From a phage: DNA of 64,000 nucleotides. A program made the position numbers and the translations under genes. The notes beneath the pieces are model-generated. The model saw nothing but the letters and a program-made list of their open reading frames with translations, searched no databases and had not been told where the DNA came from. Shown one piece after another: positions 38,086-47,067 of the stretch (position 1 is its first letter; every line of letters starts with the position of its first letter). The stretch lies in the NCBI GenBank assembly GCA_012441205.1, contig GCA_012441205.1_4705.1, one strand, 5' to 3'.

Positions 38086-38210
38086 AAGATGTTATCTGTA
38101 TCCGTTAGAAGTGTATTGTCTAAGTTATCTTGTTTATCTTAGGTTTAATCGTTTTTATCTTGGTATGTTTAAGTTGTTTTTATTTAACTGTTAAAATGCT
38201 TATCTTCAAA
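38086..38210. repeat. AT-rich tract with reiterated TTATCT/TTATC motifs (iteron-like)
   Basis: gTTATCTgta, gTTATCTtg, tTTATCTtag, tTTATCTtgg, cTTATCTtc within about 120 bp. Confidence 0.5.
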
Positions 38211-38220
38211 ACAATGGATA

Positions 38221-38269
38221 ACATGTGTTTACTACGCTCGTTGAGTTATAACTCAACGGTAACACATGT
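38221..38269. repeat. nested palindrome (cruciform-capable)
   Basis: Outer arms ACATGTGTT / AACACATGT enclosing inner arms CGTTGAGTT / AACTCAACG. Confidence 0.6.
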
Positions 38270-38428
38270 CATCTGTGCATTACACTACGTTACATGCTAG
38301 TTAAATCGGATAACTCAAAAAAACATTTGTGATACTCTTCTTCACGTTGTTCATCAGAGTATCTCGTCTATACTCATTGCATTCGTATACGACATAACCG
38401 TTACACGCTAACGCTACGCTTATAGCTT

Positions 38429-38495
38429 GATAACTCTAAGGATAAAAACATAAACTCGCTTCGCTCGTTTAGTTTTTCTTTTTCTTAGAGTTATC
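38429..38495. repeat. 12-bp perfect inverted repeat GATAACTCTAAG / CTTAGAGTTATC separated by 43 bp
   Basis: Read directly at 38429-38440 and 38484-38495; GATAACTC also recurs at 38308. Confidence 0.6.
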
Positions 38496-38661
38496 CTGTT
38501 GCTCGTCTCTAAAGGACTTCGCTCCTCCCCCGTCCCCCGAAGGGGCCGAGGTCGTGGAAATTTTACTTTCCAAATACATTTACAACATCTGTAAACTTTT
38601 ACTCCAGGTACTTAATCTTATCATTAGAAATTATAAAAGAGAAAATAAACACAAACATAAA

Positions 38662-38698
38662 CCTTCCCCCGACCCGTAAGGGAAGGAGGAAGGGAGAG
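38662..38698. repeat. hairpin related to the junction family (conserved apex CCCGTAAGGGAA)
   Basis: CCTTCC-cccgaCCCgtaag-GGAAGG then GAGGAAGGGAGAG; directly 3' of minus gene stop 38705. Confidence 0.45.
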
Positions 38699-38704
38699 AT
38701 TAAA

Positions 38705-39597
38705 TTATTCGGAAACGTTATAACCGAATACTGCTTTACCGTAGGTGTGAGTACCGTCAGCTAACGACAGCACCAACACATGGTTGTATGTAGCGTTAAC
38801 GCCTTTATCGGTAGACCCGGTGGTAGCACCGTTATAGACAAAGGTAGCTGTTTGCAGATTGGTTTTCAGTTCATTGATGATATCATCACTTACACCAGTC
38901 TGTTCTTTAATCAGGGTGGTCAGGTTACCCGCTAAGCCTGCATCGATCTTGGTATCGTTACTGGTAATAGCTTGTAAACCTGCGGTGTAAGTACTGAAGT
39001 CTAACGGATAGGTTAACAGACGTGCTGAGGTCTTGGTACCATCGCCTTCATCAACGTAGGTTAAGTTACCCAGATTGGTAACCTTGATGATGTTAGCCAG
39101 ATCCAGCGTGGTGTTATAAACTTTAACTTGAACAGAGCCATACCACGCCAACGAATCTTCTTTGGCTTCCAGGGTGATCGTCTGGATACCATGCTGGTCG
39201 AAGGTAACCGGCGTAGCTAACGTTTCGGCTTTGATGTCTTTCGCTTTATCCAGGAACTTCTCACCGGAAGGCGTGATCATACCGTAGCGTTGAGCTACAA
39301 GGTCAACCACATCACCGATGGTGGTGTTCGCCTCAACGTTAACACGTACAGCGATCTTCTGGAACCACTTAGCCAGATCCAGACGATGGTAGGTGACATC
39401 TCGGTTATTGAAGTAAGGGGTACCTTCACCAGGACTAAGTGTTAAAGTTGCTTCTGGAGCAGAAGGATTCTTTTCTTTAAGGACGTATTTAAGGTCGGTA
39501 TATTTAAAGCTGGCACCAGTGTCAGCGTTAAGCTGGTTGATCTCATCAACGATAAGTTGCCAAGGTGTTTTTAAAGTAAGCGATACTTGAGCAGTCA
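38705..39597 (-). CDS. paralogous-family protein (297 aa), putative virion structural protein
   Basis: Preferred start ATG 39597 (MTAQVSLTLK); shares Y.R.DL, DLVAQRYGM and LAWYGSV motifs with the family at 50658-54277. Confidence 0.6.
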
Positions 39598-39737
39598 TTT
39601 TCTTCCTCGATAGTTGGTACATCACTCTCAAAAGATGTAAGTGTTTACAGAAATTAATATATTTTATATTAAATGTGAATATTATGGAGAACGACTCCGA
39701 ATCTCCTTTTCGACCATCAAAATCAGAGGACACGAAC

Positions 39738-40283
39738 ATGTCTACTTTAGACTTTAACAAAGCAGCGAAATCCCTTCTGCTTGATCTTATTAACACCAAA
39801 GCGACCCGCACATTGGCTGAAGAAGAACTGCAGTTCGGTACTCCGCAGGAATCTTCCGAACATGAAAAGAACACCGTTATTCAGCTGGACGCGGCGGCTG
39901 AAGCAGCTAACCTGCAGGGTACTCAGCAGTTCTACTACGATCGTCTGGCTCTGTCTGACGTTTTCGCTGATGTAACTGGTGATGTTACTTTCGAACTGCC
40001 GCACGGTACTGACAGCATTCAGGCTTCTGAGCTGGTAAGCAAGCTGGTCACCAAATTCGGTCTGGCTTCCCTGAATGGTGAAATCAGAGAAGAAACCTTC
40101 CAGCTGTCTGCCGGTACTGTTGATGAGGTAATTCTGAATGCGATCGAGGGTGGCCTGGTATACACTGGTACTCTGCGAGTTGCCCTGACCTACGCACTGG
40201 CACCAAAAGACGAACTGGCAACCGTTCTGGCGAATAACGTAGCTGAAGGTTTCGAGAAACCGACCGTTAGCGTTGTTGGCTAA
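39738..40283 (+). CDS. paralogous-family protein (181 aa), strongly codon-optimised, probably highly expressed
   Basis: ATG 39738 with GAGGA upstream; near-exclusive use of CTG, GGT, CGT, CCG, GAA, GCT, ACT, TCT codons; architecture parallels the neighbouring 297-aa protein. Confidence 0.7.
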   Translation: MSTLDFNKAAKSLLLDLINTKATRTLAEEELQFGTPQESSEHEKNTVIQLDAAAEAANLQGTQQFYYDRLALSDVFADVTGDVTFELPHGTDSIQASELVSKLVTKFGLASLNGEIREETFQLSAGTVDEVILNAIEGGLVYTGTLRVALTYALAPKDELATVLANNVAEGFEKPTVSVVG

Positions 40284-40478
40284 TAAGCACATAGAGCAAT
40301 AGTATGGGTTTTGTACAGCTCGGCTATTGATCTTCTACAATTTGGTTGTAACAATCTGCGTGGTTGCACGCTTATCTTTCTCATTGAACGCTTCGTATGA
40401 AGCGTGGTGTTGAAAGGGTTGTGGATCTCCTCAAGCGGCCAGGGACCCAGACCAACCTGAATAAACACAAACACATGT

Positions 40479-40512
40479 TAAGCCCCTCCTCATCCGTTAT
40501 TGGGTGGGGGGG
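40479..40512. repeat. degenerate hairpin related to the junction family
   Basis: CCCCTCC-tcatccgttattgggt-GGGGGGG, between convergent genes ending at 40283 and 40577. Confidence 0.3.
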
Positions 40513-40576
40513 GTCTTATACGTCTTTATGCGTTCCGTTCGTTCTGGAGCGTTTTAGGACGGTTTATGATGGTGTT

Positions 40577-41212
40577 TTACTCAACACTGAACCCGTTCAA
40601 GATGATCGCTTCATAACGCTTACGTTCACGACGTTTGCGTGCCTGCCAACCGTAGATGAATTTCTCATCTTTCTCACGACGTTCCGCTAATTCGATGTAA
40701 TAGGTGCTCTGCATGTCCAGCATCGCATCGATGAGATAATCCTTACCGGTTGCACCACGCTTAGCGATGTAAGCGTCGAGCGCGCTTAACGTCGCAGGTC
40801 CCATCAAACCGTCGGCGTTGATATTCTTCCAGTACGTTTGTCGGTTGTTCATGACGTTCAGATAACGTTGGAGGTTCTTAACCGGGACGGTTTTGCCAGC
40901 ATTGATACCCAGGTCAAAGAGACGGTCAGCTAAGAACACAGAACGTTTCATGACTTCGTCAAGTTTCATCTTATCCCAGAAGTGGGTCTTGTAGATAAAG
41001 AACGCCATTTCCGTGGTAAGGTTACGCATGTTACCGTCCCAGCCGAATTTCGTTTTCAGCGTGGTTTTGTATTGATCGGCGAGTGTTTTCGTAATGCCGT
41101 GGTTCGTGATTCCACCCGAGTCATCGGGATCGTCGACGTAACCTGCTTCGATGCTGGTTTTATCGCGAATGATAAATTCGCACGTGAAATCTTTCTCAGT
41201 AATCTTAGCCAT
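40577..41212 (-). CDS. endolysin, GH108-type lysozyme domain plus peptidoglycan-binding domain
   Basis: AGYVDDPDDSGGITNHGIT matches the GH108 EGGY..DP.D.GG.T..GIT motif; GLMGPATLSAL matches a PG-binding motif; GAGGAG upstream of ATG 41212; no signal peptide or SAR-like N-terminus. Confidence 0.75.
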   Translation of the reverse strand: MAKITEKDFTCEFIIRDKTSIEAGYVDDPDDSGGITNHGITKTLADQYKTTLKTKFGWDGNMRNLTTEMAFFIYKTHFWDKMKLDEVMKRSVFLADRLFDLGINAGKTVPVKNLQRYLNVMNNRQTYWKNINADGLMGPATLSALDAYIAKRGATGKDYLIDAMLDMQSTYYIELAERREKDEKFIYGWQARKRRERKRYEAIILNGFSVE

Positions 41213-41338
41213 TAGAACTCCTCGTTTAAATAACGATTTAGAGGAACAGGAAGGGTCTAGAACGCGATAAACGATTTAACCCAGGCAAACCCTAGATTAA
41301 ACTTTTCGAAGCGTTACAACGCGTTCTAGAACGTTGAA

Positions 41339-41800
41339 TTAAATACCCTTGGTTCCCTTCACGTGATGTGCAATTTCTTCAACCATTGCACGCAGAGCAC
41401 GAAGTTGTTGGTCATGTTCGTACCAACCACCCAACAGAACCCCGCTATACACCATGGTGTCAAGACTTAACAGCCCTTTATCTGATACGTTGATCATTTC
41501 CGGGAACTGTTCTTGAACACGCTGTGCGATAACACCGATCTTCTCGACATCAGGATCGTAGTTGTGACGGAAACGGGCAAGTCCGGTATACGCCATTTCA
41601 CGTAAACGATCACTGAAAGATTCCGGATGATCTTTCAGATAACGAATGTCATGTTTACTACGTTCATCCGAGCGAATGTAAGCGTTAGGAACATCGATAT
41701 TGCTGTTGAAGTACAGCGCACTACCACCGCCTGCAGAGTTCCCCCAATAGAAGCGTGTGATCTCACCGCCACCATTCTCCGTGATGATGACATGTTTACC
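41339..41800 (-). other. S74-like intramolecular chaperone (auto-cleaving) domain region of tail fibre
   Basis: SDERSKHDI Ser-Lys dyad motif near the protein C-terminus. Confidence 0.55.
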
Positions 41801-43387
41801 TAAACGCGTACCGCCACTACCATCAACGAAGACCAGTTTGTTTCCGCTGTAAGAACCCCAGAACAAACGTGTATCGATGATGTGCGTTGCAGCGAGGCGG
41901 GCGTTACGTGGCGTAGAATACACGGTGTTAACATCTTGCTGCGCTTGCGCATCGGAAGCGATACCATAGTTCTGTACGTTACCTAACCCAACCTGCGCTT
42001 TCGTAACCGCGTGTGGGTTATCACGACGGTTAGCGTGAGCGTTAACCAGATCACCCGCTAATTTCTGAATTGCCCAGTTGGTAGACTGTGGTGTCATGTA
42101 ACGGTTAGTTGCAGAACCACCTTGCGCTTCAGCTTGGTTAGCGGTTGGATAGTTCTCAACGCTTCCCAAACCGACCTGCGCTTTGGTTACTCTGTGTGGG
42201 TTGTTCTTGTCAGCGATGTGCGCATTAAGCGGAACTAACGCAAAGGTCTCAATGGACGCTTTGGTTGTGTTCGGTGCCATTAATCGGTTAGCTGCAACAC
42301 CGGCACGCGCTTCTTCTTCAGAAGCCATCGGATAGTCTTGCACATTCCCTAACCCAACCTGCGCTTTGGTTACTCTGTGTGGGTTGTTGTAATCGGCTTT
42401 ATGTGCATTAAGTGGAATCAATGCGAACTGTTCAATCGCTGCAACAGTGCGTAGCGGCGTCATGAAACGGTTGTTCGCTGTTCCGGCTTTCGCCTCATCA
42501 TCCGAAGCGGTCGGGAAGTTATCAACGTTCCCAAGGTTAACCTGTGCTTTGGTGACGCTATGCGGGTTGTCTCGACGGTTAGCGTGAGCGTCGACTAGAT
42601 CGCCCGCCAGTTTAGCAATCGCCCATCCAACCGTTTGTGCTGTCATGTAACGGTCTGGTGCGGTACCGGCTTCTGCCTCCGCCTTGTTGGCAGTAGGATA
42701 GTTCTGTACATTACCTAGTCCGACTTGGGCTTTTGTGGTTTCGTGCGGGTTATCGGTACGGTTAGCATGTGCGTAATGCAGATCGGTCAGATCTTTATCC
42801 GCTGCTTGCATGTCTTTGCGTAACTGATCGATTGCCGCCCAGAGACGGTTATCGGATGCAGCATCACCGATAAGTATTGCGGCTTTCAGTGAATAGATCG
42901 CTAAGCAAAGATGTTCGGTACCGTAGATAGCACTAACGTGGTGGATGTGTGGTTCAGGCGGATAAAGTTCCGGTTTGTTCTTGATGTCGTCCCAGTTGAT
43001 CGGACGATCGTCAAGTTTGAGTTCTTCGATAGCCTGATACAACGCGTCAATAAGACTTACGTAAACACCACCGATGATACGATAGTCGTTAACTAACGTC
43101 CCCTCGATATCATCGTTGATGATGGCGATGGCTGCACAGATTTCTTTACCAGCGTAAAGCGTAGCGTCCTGATACAAGAAGATGGGTTTGTAATCCACGC
43201 CGCGTACCAGTGTCTTACCGGTAAGCTTTTCAGTGATGACCAGACTTTCGGTGAAGAACGGTCCGCCATCAAGAGCGTAACATTTGTTCTCGGTTCGTGG
43301 AACGGTATGCTCTTCACCAACGATGTGGTTGCTATCGAGCGTGCCGGTCCAGTCCTCGGGGTACTTCAGGGTAATTGGTGTTGACAT
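41339..43387 (-). CDS. tail fibre protein with tandem repeats and C-terminal S74-type intramolecular chaperone domain
   Basis: Five repeats of about 50 aa of type NPH.VTKAQVGLGNV.NY.....EA..G...NR.MTP; C-terminal YIRSDERSKHDIRYLK...GLLSLDTMVYSGVLLGGW typical of the autoproteolytic chaperone of fibres and tailspikes. Confidence 0.75.
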   Translation of the reverse strand: MSTPITLKYPEDWTGTLDSNHIVGEEHTVPRTENKCYALDGGPFFTESLVITEKLTGKTLVRGVDYKPIFLYQDATLYAGKEICAAIAIINDDIEGTLVNDYRIIGGVYVSLIDALYQAIEELKLDDRPINWDDIKNKPELYPPEPHIHHVSAIYGTEHLCLAIYSLKAAILIGDAASDNRLWAAIDQLRKDMQAADKDLTDLHYAHANRTDNPHETTKAQVGLGNVQNYPTANKAEAEAGTAPDRYMTAQTVGWAIAKLAGDLVDAHANRRDNPHSVTKAQVNLGNVDNFPTASDDEAKAGTANNRFMTPLRTVAAIEQFALIPLNAHKADYNNPHRVTKAQVGLGNVQDYPMASEEEARAGVAANRLMAPNTTKASIETFALVPLNAHIADKNNPHRVTKAQVGLGSVENYPTANQAEAQGGSATNRYMTPQSTNWAIQKLAGDLVNAHANRRDNPHAVTKAQVGLGNVQNYGIASDAQAQQDVNTVYSTPRNARLAATHIIDTRLFWGSYSGNKLVFVDGSGGTRLGKHVIITENGGGEITRFYWGNSAGGGSALYFNSNIDVPNAYIRSDERSKHDIRYLKDHPESFSDRLREMAYTGLARFRHNYDPDVEKIGVIAQRVQEQFPEMINVSDKGLLSLDTMVYSGVLLGGWYEHDQQLRALRAMVEEIAHHVKGTKGI
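41990..42820 (-). repeat. coding tandem repeat array (tail-fibre shaft repeats)
   Basis: Repeated DNA blocks; segment TTCTCAACGCTTCCCAAACCGACCTG at 42156-42181 recurs at 47836-47861 in the second fibre gene. Confidence 0.6.
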
Positions 43388-43400
43388 AACCTGGAGGTCC

Positions 43401-45998
43401 TTATAACGTGACTGTACCTAATTTGGTTGTCTTATTGAGATTAATGACTGAGATCTGGGTATCGCTGGTCGTGATGGTGCCGATATTAACGCGCTGTCCT
43501 TTATCATCCTCTTGCTTGTGGATGGTTAATTCCAGCTCTAACTGGTTACCATTAGGAACAACGGAAACGTACCATGTTTTATTACCTGGTGAGCTATTAT
43601 AGTCTTTTAGGTTATAATGGCCTTTAGGTAAGGTCATGGCCTTACCAGCAAACAAACATGAAATATCCTCGTTGATATAAACGTCGAAACCGGAAGAAGC
43701 GATGACTGTTGAGGCCATTATTCGAGACGCGACGATACCACGATTATAGTCGTCGATTGTGGTACCTATGACATTGAATACTTGCCCCCCGTTACCCATA
43801 ATGGTCGATTCGCTAGTGTTTACGTAGCCGATACCCCAAGTCGGATGAATGTTCCAGCGGTACCCACTGTTTTGTAAATATGTATACAAGTCTTCATAGG
43901 CCGCATTCACCCAACTACCATCACTTTTTCGTCCAGCCCTAAATTGGAATGTATTGCTATTTCCAGATGTTCCTCGGCCAAGAGGGACATGTCCCGCCAC
44001 TAACCAACCATCTGTACTTTGCATATACGCGAACGAACCGTACGCTCTGTTATCGGCCCAAATATTCACGGTATCAACACGTTCAACGTAGGCGATCACC
44101 TTTTGTACGCCGGTTATAGCGATCGAACCCTTGCGTGCCGACACACTAACTTCAGCAATTACGACACCCATTTTCCGCTGGCTGCTGTTAAATCCCAATA
44201 CAACCATTAAACACGGTGCGTTTGTTGTTTCTGGAGGAATCGTTATCGATTGTTTCCAGTCGGTGATTCCGCTGAGTTTTGTTCCAGTATATGCGTTCCA
44301 GACGGTTTGTCCAGCCGATTTCAGATTCTGTTCAGAAATAGAAATGGCCTCGCCCTCAGGGATTAACGTGTCGTAATTGAGACCAATGTTGCTGGATAGA
44401 CGAAGGTCGTTTAAGTAAGATCCGCTGAGTGTGACGTTACCGTTACGATAAATTGTCAAGAATGGCGCAGCCAGGGAGTTTAATACCGTAAAGTTACTCG
44501 ATGGCATGAAACCATAGACATCGATGCCATTACCGTGGTAATGGTAGTTTGTCCAACTACCTTGATAACTTACGGTACGTGCATCGTAGTGGCCTTGTCC
44601 AAGACCGCTGCTGGATAACGTGTATATCTTGGTTGCTGATAGAAATGCGAGATATCCATGCGCTGCCAGAGCTCCAACTACCCTGTCTTTTATCTTTAAC
44701 CAAGCTGAAGTATACAACGTACTGTCGGGATTCATTTTGGCTATTTCATCGTAAGCCGTGCCTGCGAAGTTTCCGATAGTGTACGTACGTATATCCGGCT
44801 GTCCGTTATTGTCGTTCTGTACAGCAATTACTTGCCCAGAATCATTGATATCGATATTACCGATACAGTTGTGAGCCCCCCACACCCAATATCCATCTTT
44901 ATAATTGGATTCTCCTTGTGTAAATGTCGACGGTCCTCGCCACGCGATGCCGTTCGATTCGGCGTAGTAGGTAGCTTGTCCCGATCCTGGATTCATGGCG
45001 TATCTGTTATTGGTCGGGTCAAAATCGATGTAAAAATGATGCATTCCTTGACGTTGACGGTTGTCCCGATCATTTGTCCACCACGACGAACCGACCAGAA
45101 TTCGCGCCTTACCATTTTTTACAGTGGACCATAAACGTATTGCGGCGCGCCAGACGATTTGACCGATCCCGTTGGACGGGAAACTATTCGTACTGATGCT
45201 GTTGCAGACAACGAGCTCGCTGCTGTTGTTTATTTGAGTCCCTTCAATTGTAACGCCGTTTATGTTAGTAATCAGTGTTGCCGATACACTACCCCCTGTA
45301 GGGGCGATAGAGGAACGTTGAACGGTGTAAATTTTTAGTGATAATTTATAGCCGCTCCGAATAGCTATACCAATGTAAATAGTTCCGTTAATTTCCCAAC
45401 AACAAACATCGGGCATTGTTTCTTTGAAATCGGATAAAGCACCGTCGATATACATCGCAACGTGTTTACTGGCGTCGAATGTGCCGTCCGTTAACGCGAT
45501 GAACATTTTGGCGTTATTGCCGTTGATATCAGCCGCTAATCCGAGTAGTATGTTGTTCTGATGACAGTAGATGGCTTTAGGTGCTAGATCCAACATAGCT
45601 GGTTGGTACTGTCGGCTTGTTGGTATTACGCTAGTAACTGCACCATTTTGATCCGTTTTACAAATAACGTAATATACACCGTGTATGATGCTGTTTGTCG
45701 CTGACCTCAGTAGGACGATCGTCCCGTCAGATTCACGACATATACCGTAATGGCGATAGTCGGTGATTAAACCGATAGCGCCATCGGCCGAACCTTCGAT
45801 TGCCAGAGGAAAATAACTTTGGTCCCCAACCTGTTCGATATCGGTTGCGCCGATATCGATGTATTTTTCCATCTCAGTGTTGAACTCAGCGGTACTGTAG
45901 GCACCGAGATCGCTCGCCTTTAGTCCCGTTGGGTTGTCACGACTGGCGATACGTGTAGTAACGCTACTCACCAGTTCGCTGAACTTTTTCATTGCCAT
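43401..45998 (-). CDS. large tail protein, putative tailspike or receptor-binding protein (865 aa)
   Basis: N-terminus MAMKKFSELVSSVTTRIASRDNPTGLKASDLGA shares an anchor-like motif with neighbouring tail proteins. Confidence 0.55.
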   Translation of the reverse strand: MAMKKFSELVSSVTTRIASRDNPTGLKASDLGAYSTAEFNTEMEKYIDIGATDIEQVGDQSYFPLAIEGSADGAIGLITDYRHYGICRESDGTIVLLRSATNSIIHGVYYVICKTDQNGAVTSVIPTSRQYQPAMLDLAPKAIYCHQNNILLGLAADINGNNAKMFIALTDGTFDASKHVAMYIDGALSDFKETMPDVCCWEINGTIYIGIAIRSGYKLSLKIYTVQRSSIAPTGGSVSATLITNINGVTIEGTQINNSSELVVCNSISTNSFPSNGIGQIVWRAAIRLWSTVKNGKARILVGSSWWTNDRDNRQRQGMHHFYIDFDPTNNRYAMNPGSGQATYYAESNGIAWRGPSTFTQGESNYKDGYWVWGAHNCIGNIDINDSGQVIAVQNDNNGQPDIRTYTIGNFAGTAYDEIAKMNPDSTLYTSAWLKIKDRVVGALAAHGYLAFLSATKIYTLSSSGLGQGHYDARTVSYQGSWTNYHYHGNGIDVYGFMPSSNFTVLNSLAAPFLTIYRNGNVTLSGSYLNDLRLSSNIGLNYDTLIPEGEAISISEQNLKSAGQTVWNAYTGTKLSGITDWKQSITIPPETTNAPCLMVVLGFNSSQRKMGVVIAEVSVSARKGSIAITGVQKVIAYVERVDTVNIWADNRAYGSFAYMQSTDGWLVAGHVPLGRGTSGNSNTFQFRAGRKSDGSWVNAAYEDLYTYLQNSGYRWNIHPTWGIGYVNTSESTIMGNGGQVFNVIGTTIDDYNRGIVASRIMASTVIASSGFDVYINEDISCLFAGKAMTLPKGHYNLKDYNSSPGNKTWYVSVVPNGNQLELELTIHKQEDDKGQRVNIGTITTSDTQISVINLNKTTKLGTVTL

Positions 45999-46010
45999 TA
46001 TTCACCTCGA

Positions 46011-46496
46011 TTAAATAGGCGAGTCGGGTAGCTGACCATCATCGATCTCGATGGTGGCCACCTTACGTGTTGCAGCAAGATGTGATGTACCCTGGATTTT
46101 GTTCCAGGTGCCGATACGCATGGCGTTTTTGTAGCTGCTATCGCTATCGTTCAGCGTGTAAACAAAACCGCTATCGGTTACGGCAAGATAGATCCAGCCT
46201 ACAGACTCACTGATGCCTGACACATCCAAAGTTGCTGCTGGCACCGTCCCTACCACCGTGTTGTATTCCGCTGTACCTTGACCAATGCTGATCCGGCCGT
46301 TGCTGTAAGTGGCTGCCGGAAGCGTTTTATTTCGACTGAAGAAAAGAAACGGAAGGTAACGCTGAGTAACAAGCGGTGCAAGTTTAGGAGCCACTTCGGT
46401 CTTAACGTAGACATTTGTTTGTGCTGGCGTTACCTCGTGAGGGTTCTTTTGGGTGAGATACGCTCCCCATTCAGAAAGCAATGTTGATAGCTTCAT
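46011..46496 (-). CDS. small tail-associated protein (161 aa)
   Basis: N-terminus LSEWGAYLTQKNPHEVTPAQTNV resembles the fibre N-terminal/repeat motif. Confidence 0.5.
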   Translation of the reverse strand: MKLSTLLSEWGAYLTQKNPHEVTPAQTNVYVKTEVAPKLAPLVTQRYLPFLFFSRNKTLPAATYSNGRISIGQGTAEYNTVVGTVPAATLDVSGISESVGWIYLAVTDSGFVYTLNDSDSSYKNAMRIGTWNKIQGTSHLAATRKVATIEIDDGQLPDSPI

Positions 46497-46500
46497 GCGG

Positions 46501-47016
46501 TTACCCCATGTAACGTTTTTGGCCGAGGATGAAGACTTTGTTGAATACCACCGAAGTGATTCCTGTTGCGTTACAGCTCACCTGCCCGACGCGAATTGCT
46601 GTTGATGTATCGACCCCAGCACTACTCTGCCAGATCCAATCGATCGATCCGTCTTTCTGACGAATGAAAAGATAACCGGTTTTGTTCGCCCAGTCGGAAG
46701 TAAGTTTTTTGATGTCTAGCGTTCCCTTCGCCAGAATATAGTCGGTACCGGCGATCATGACGGGTATTTCAGGATACGAGATTACCGTACCGCTGGCAGT
46801 AACGTTGCTGATGCGTTCGCTACGAATATCGGTACAGTCACCGAAATACGCTACGGGGAGTATCCCCTTAGGGAGCTTTTTGCCGATTCTCGTATCGATC
46901 GTGTTTTTATCGGGTGCGTCGATTTGCGCTGCGGTGACTTGGTTAGGGTTATCCTTCCTTGCGTACCATGTCGTCATGCGAGCACCCAATTCACTCATTT
47001 TTGTGCCCATTTTCAC
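46501..47016 (-). CDS. small tail-associated protein (171 aa)
   Basis: N-terminus MSELGARMTTWYARKDNPNQVTAAQI resembles the fibre N-terminal/repeat motif. Confidence 0.5.
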   Translation of the reverse strand: MKMGTKMSELGARMTTWYARKDNPNQVTAAQIDAPDKNTIDTRIGKKLPKGILPVAYFGDCTDIRSERISNVTASGTVISYPEIPVMIAGTDYILAKGTLDIKKLTSDWANKTGYLFIRQKDGSIDWIWQSSAGVDTSTAIRVGQVSCNATGITSVVFNKVFILGQKRYMG

Positions 47017-47067
47017 ATCCTATCGAAAAATAAAAAGAAGGAAAGGTGGGTAGAACCCACCCATCCG

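Noticed and set aside
38086-38500. DnaA boxes (TTATCCACA) in the long intergenic region
   Set aside because: TTATC-containing repeats match the 9-mer consensus at only 6-7 positions; reported as iteron-like repeats instead.
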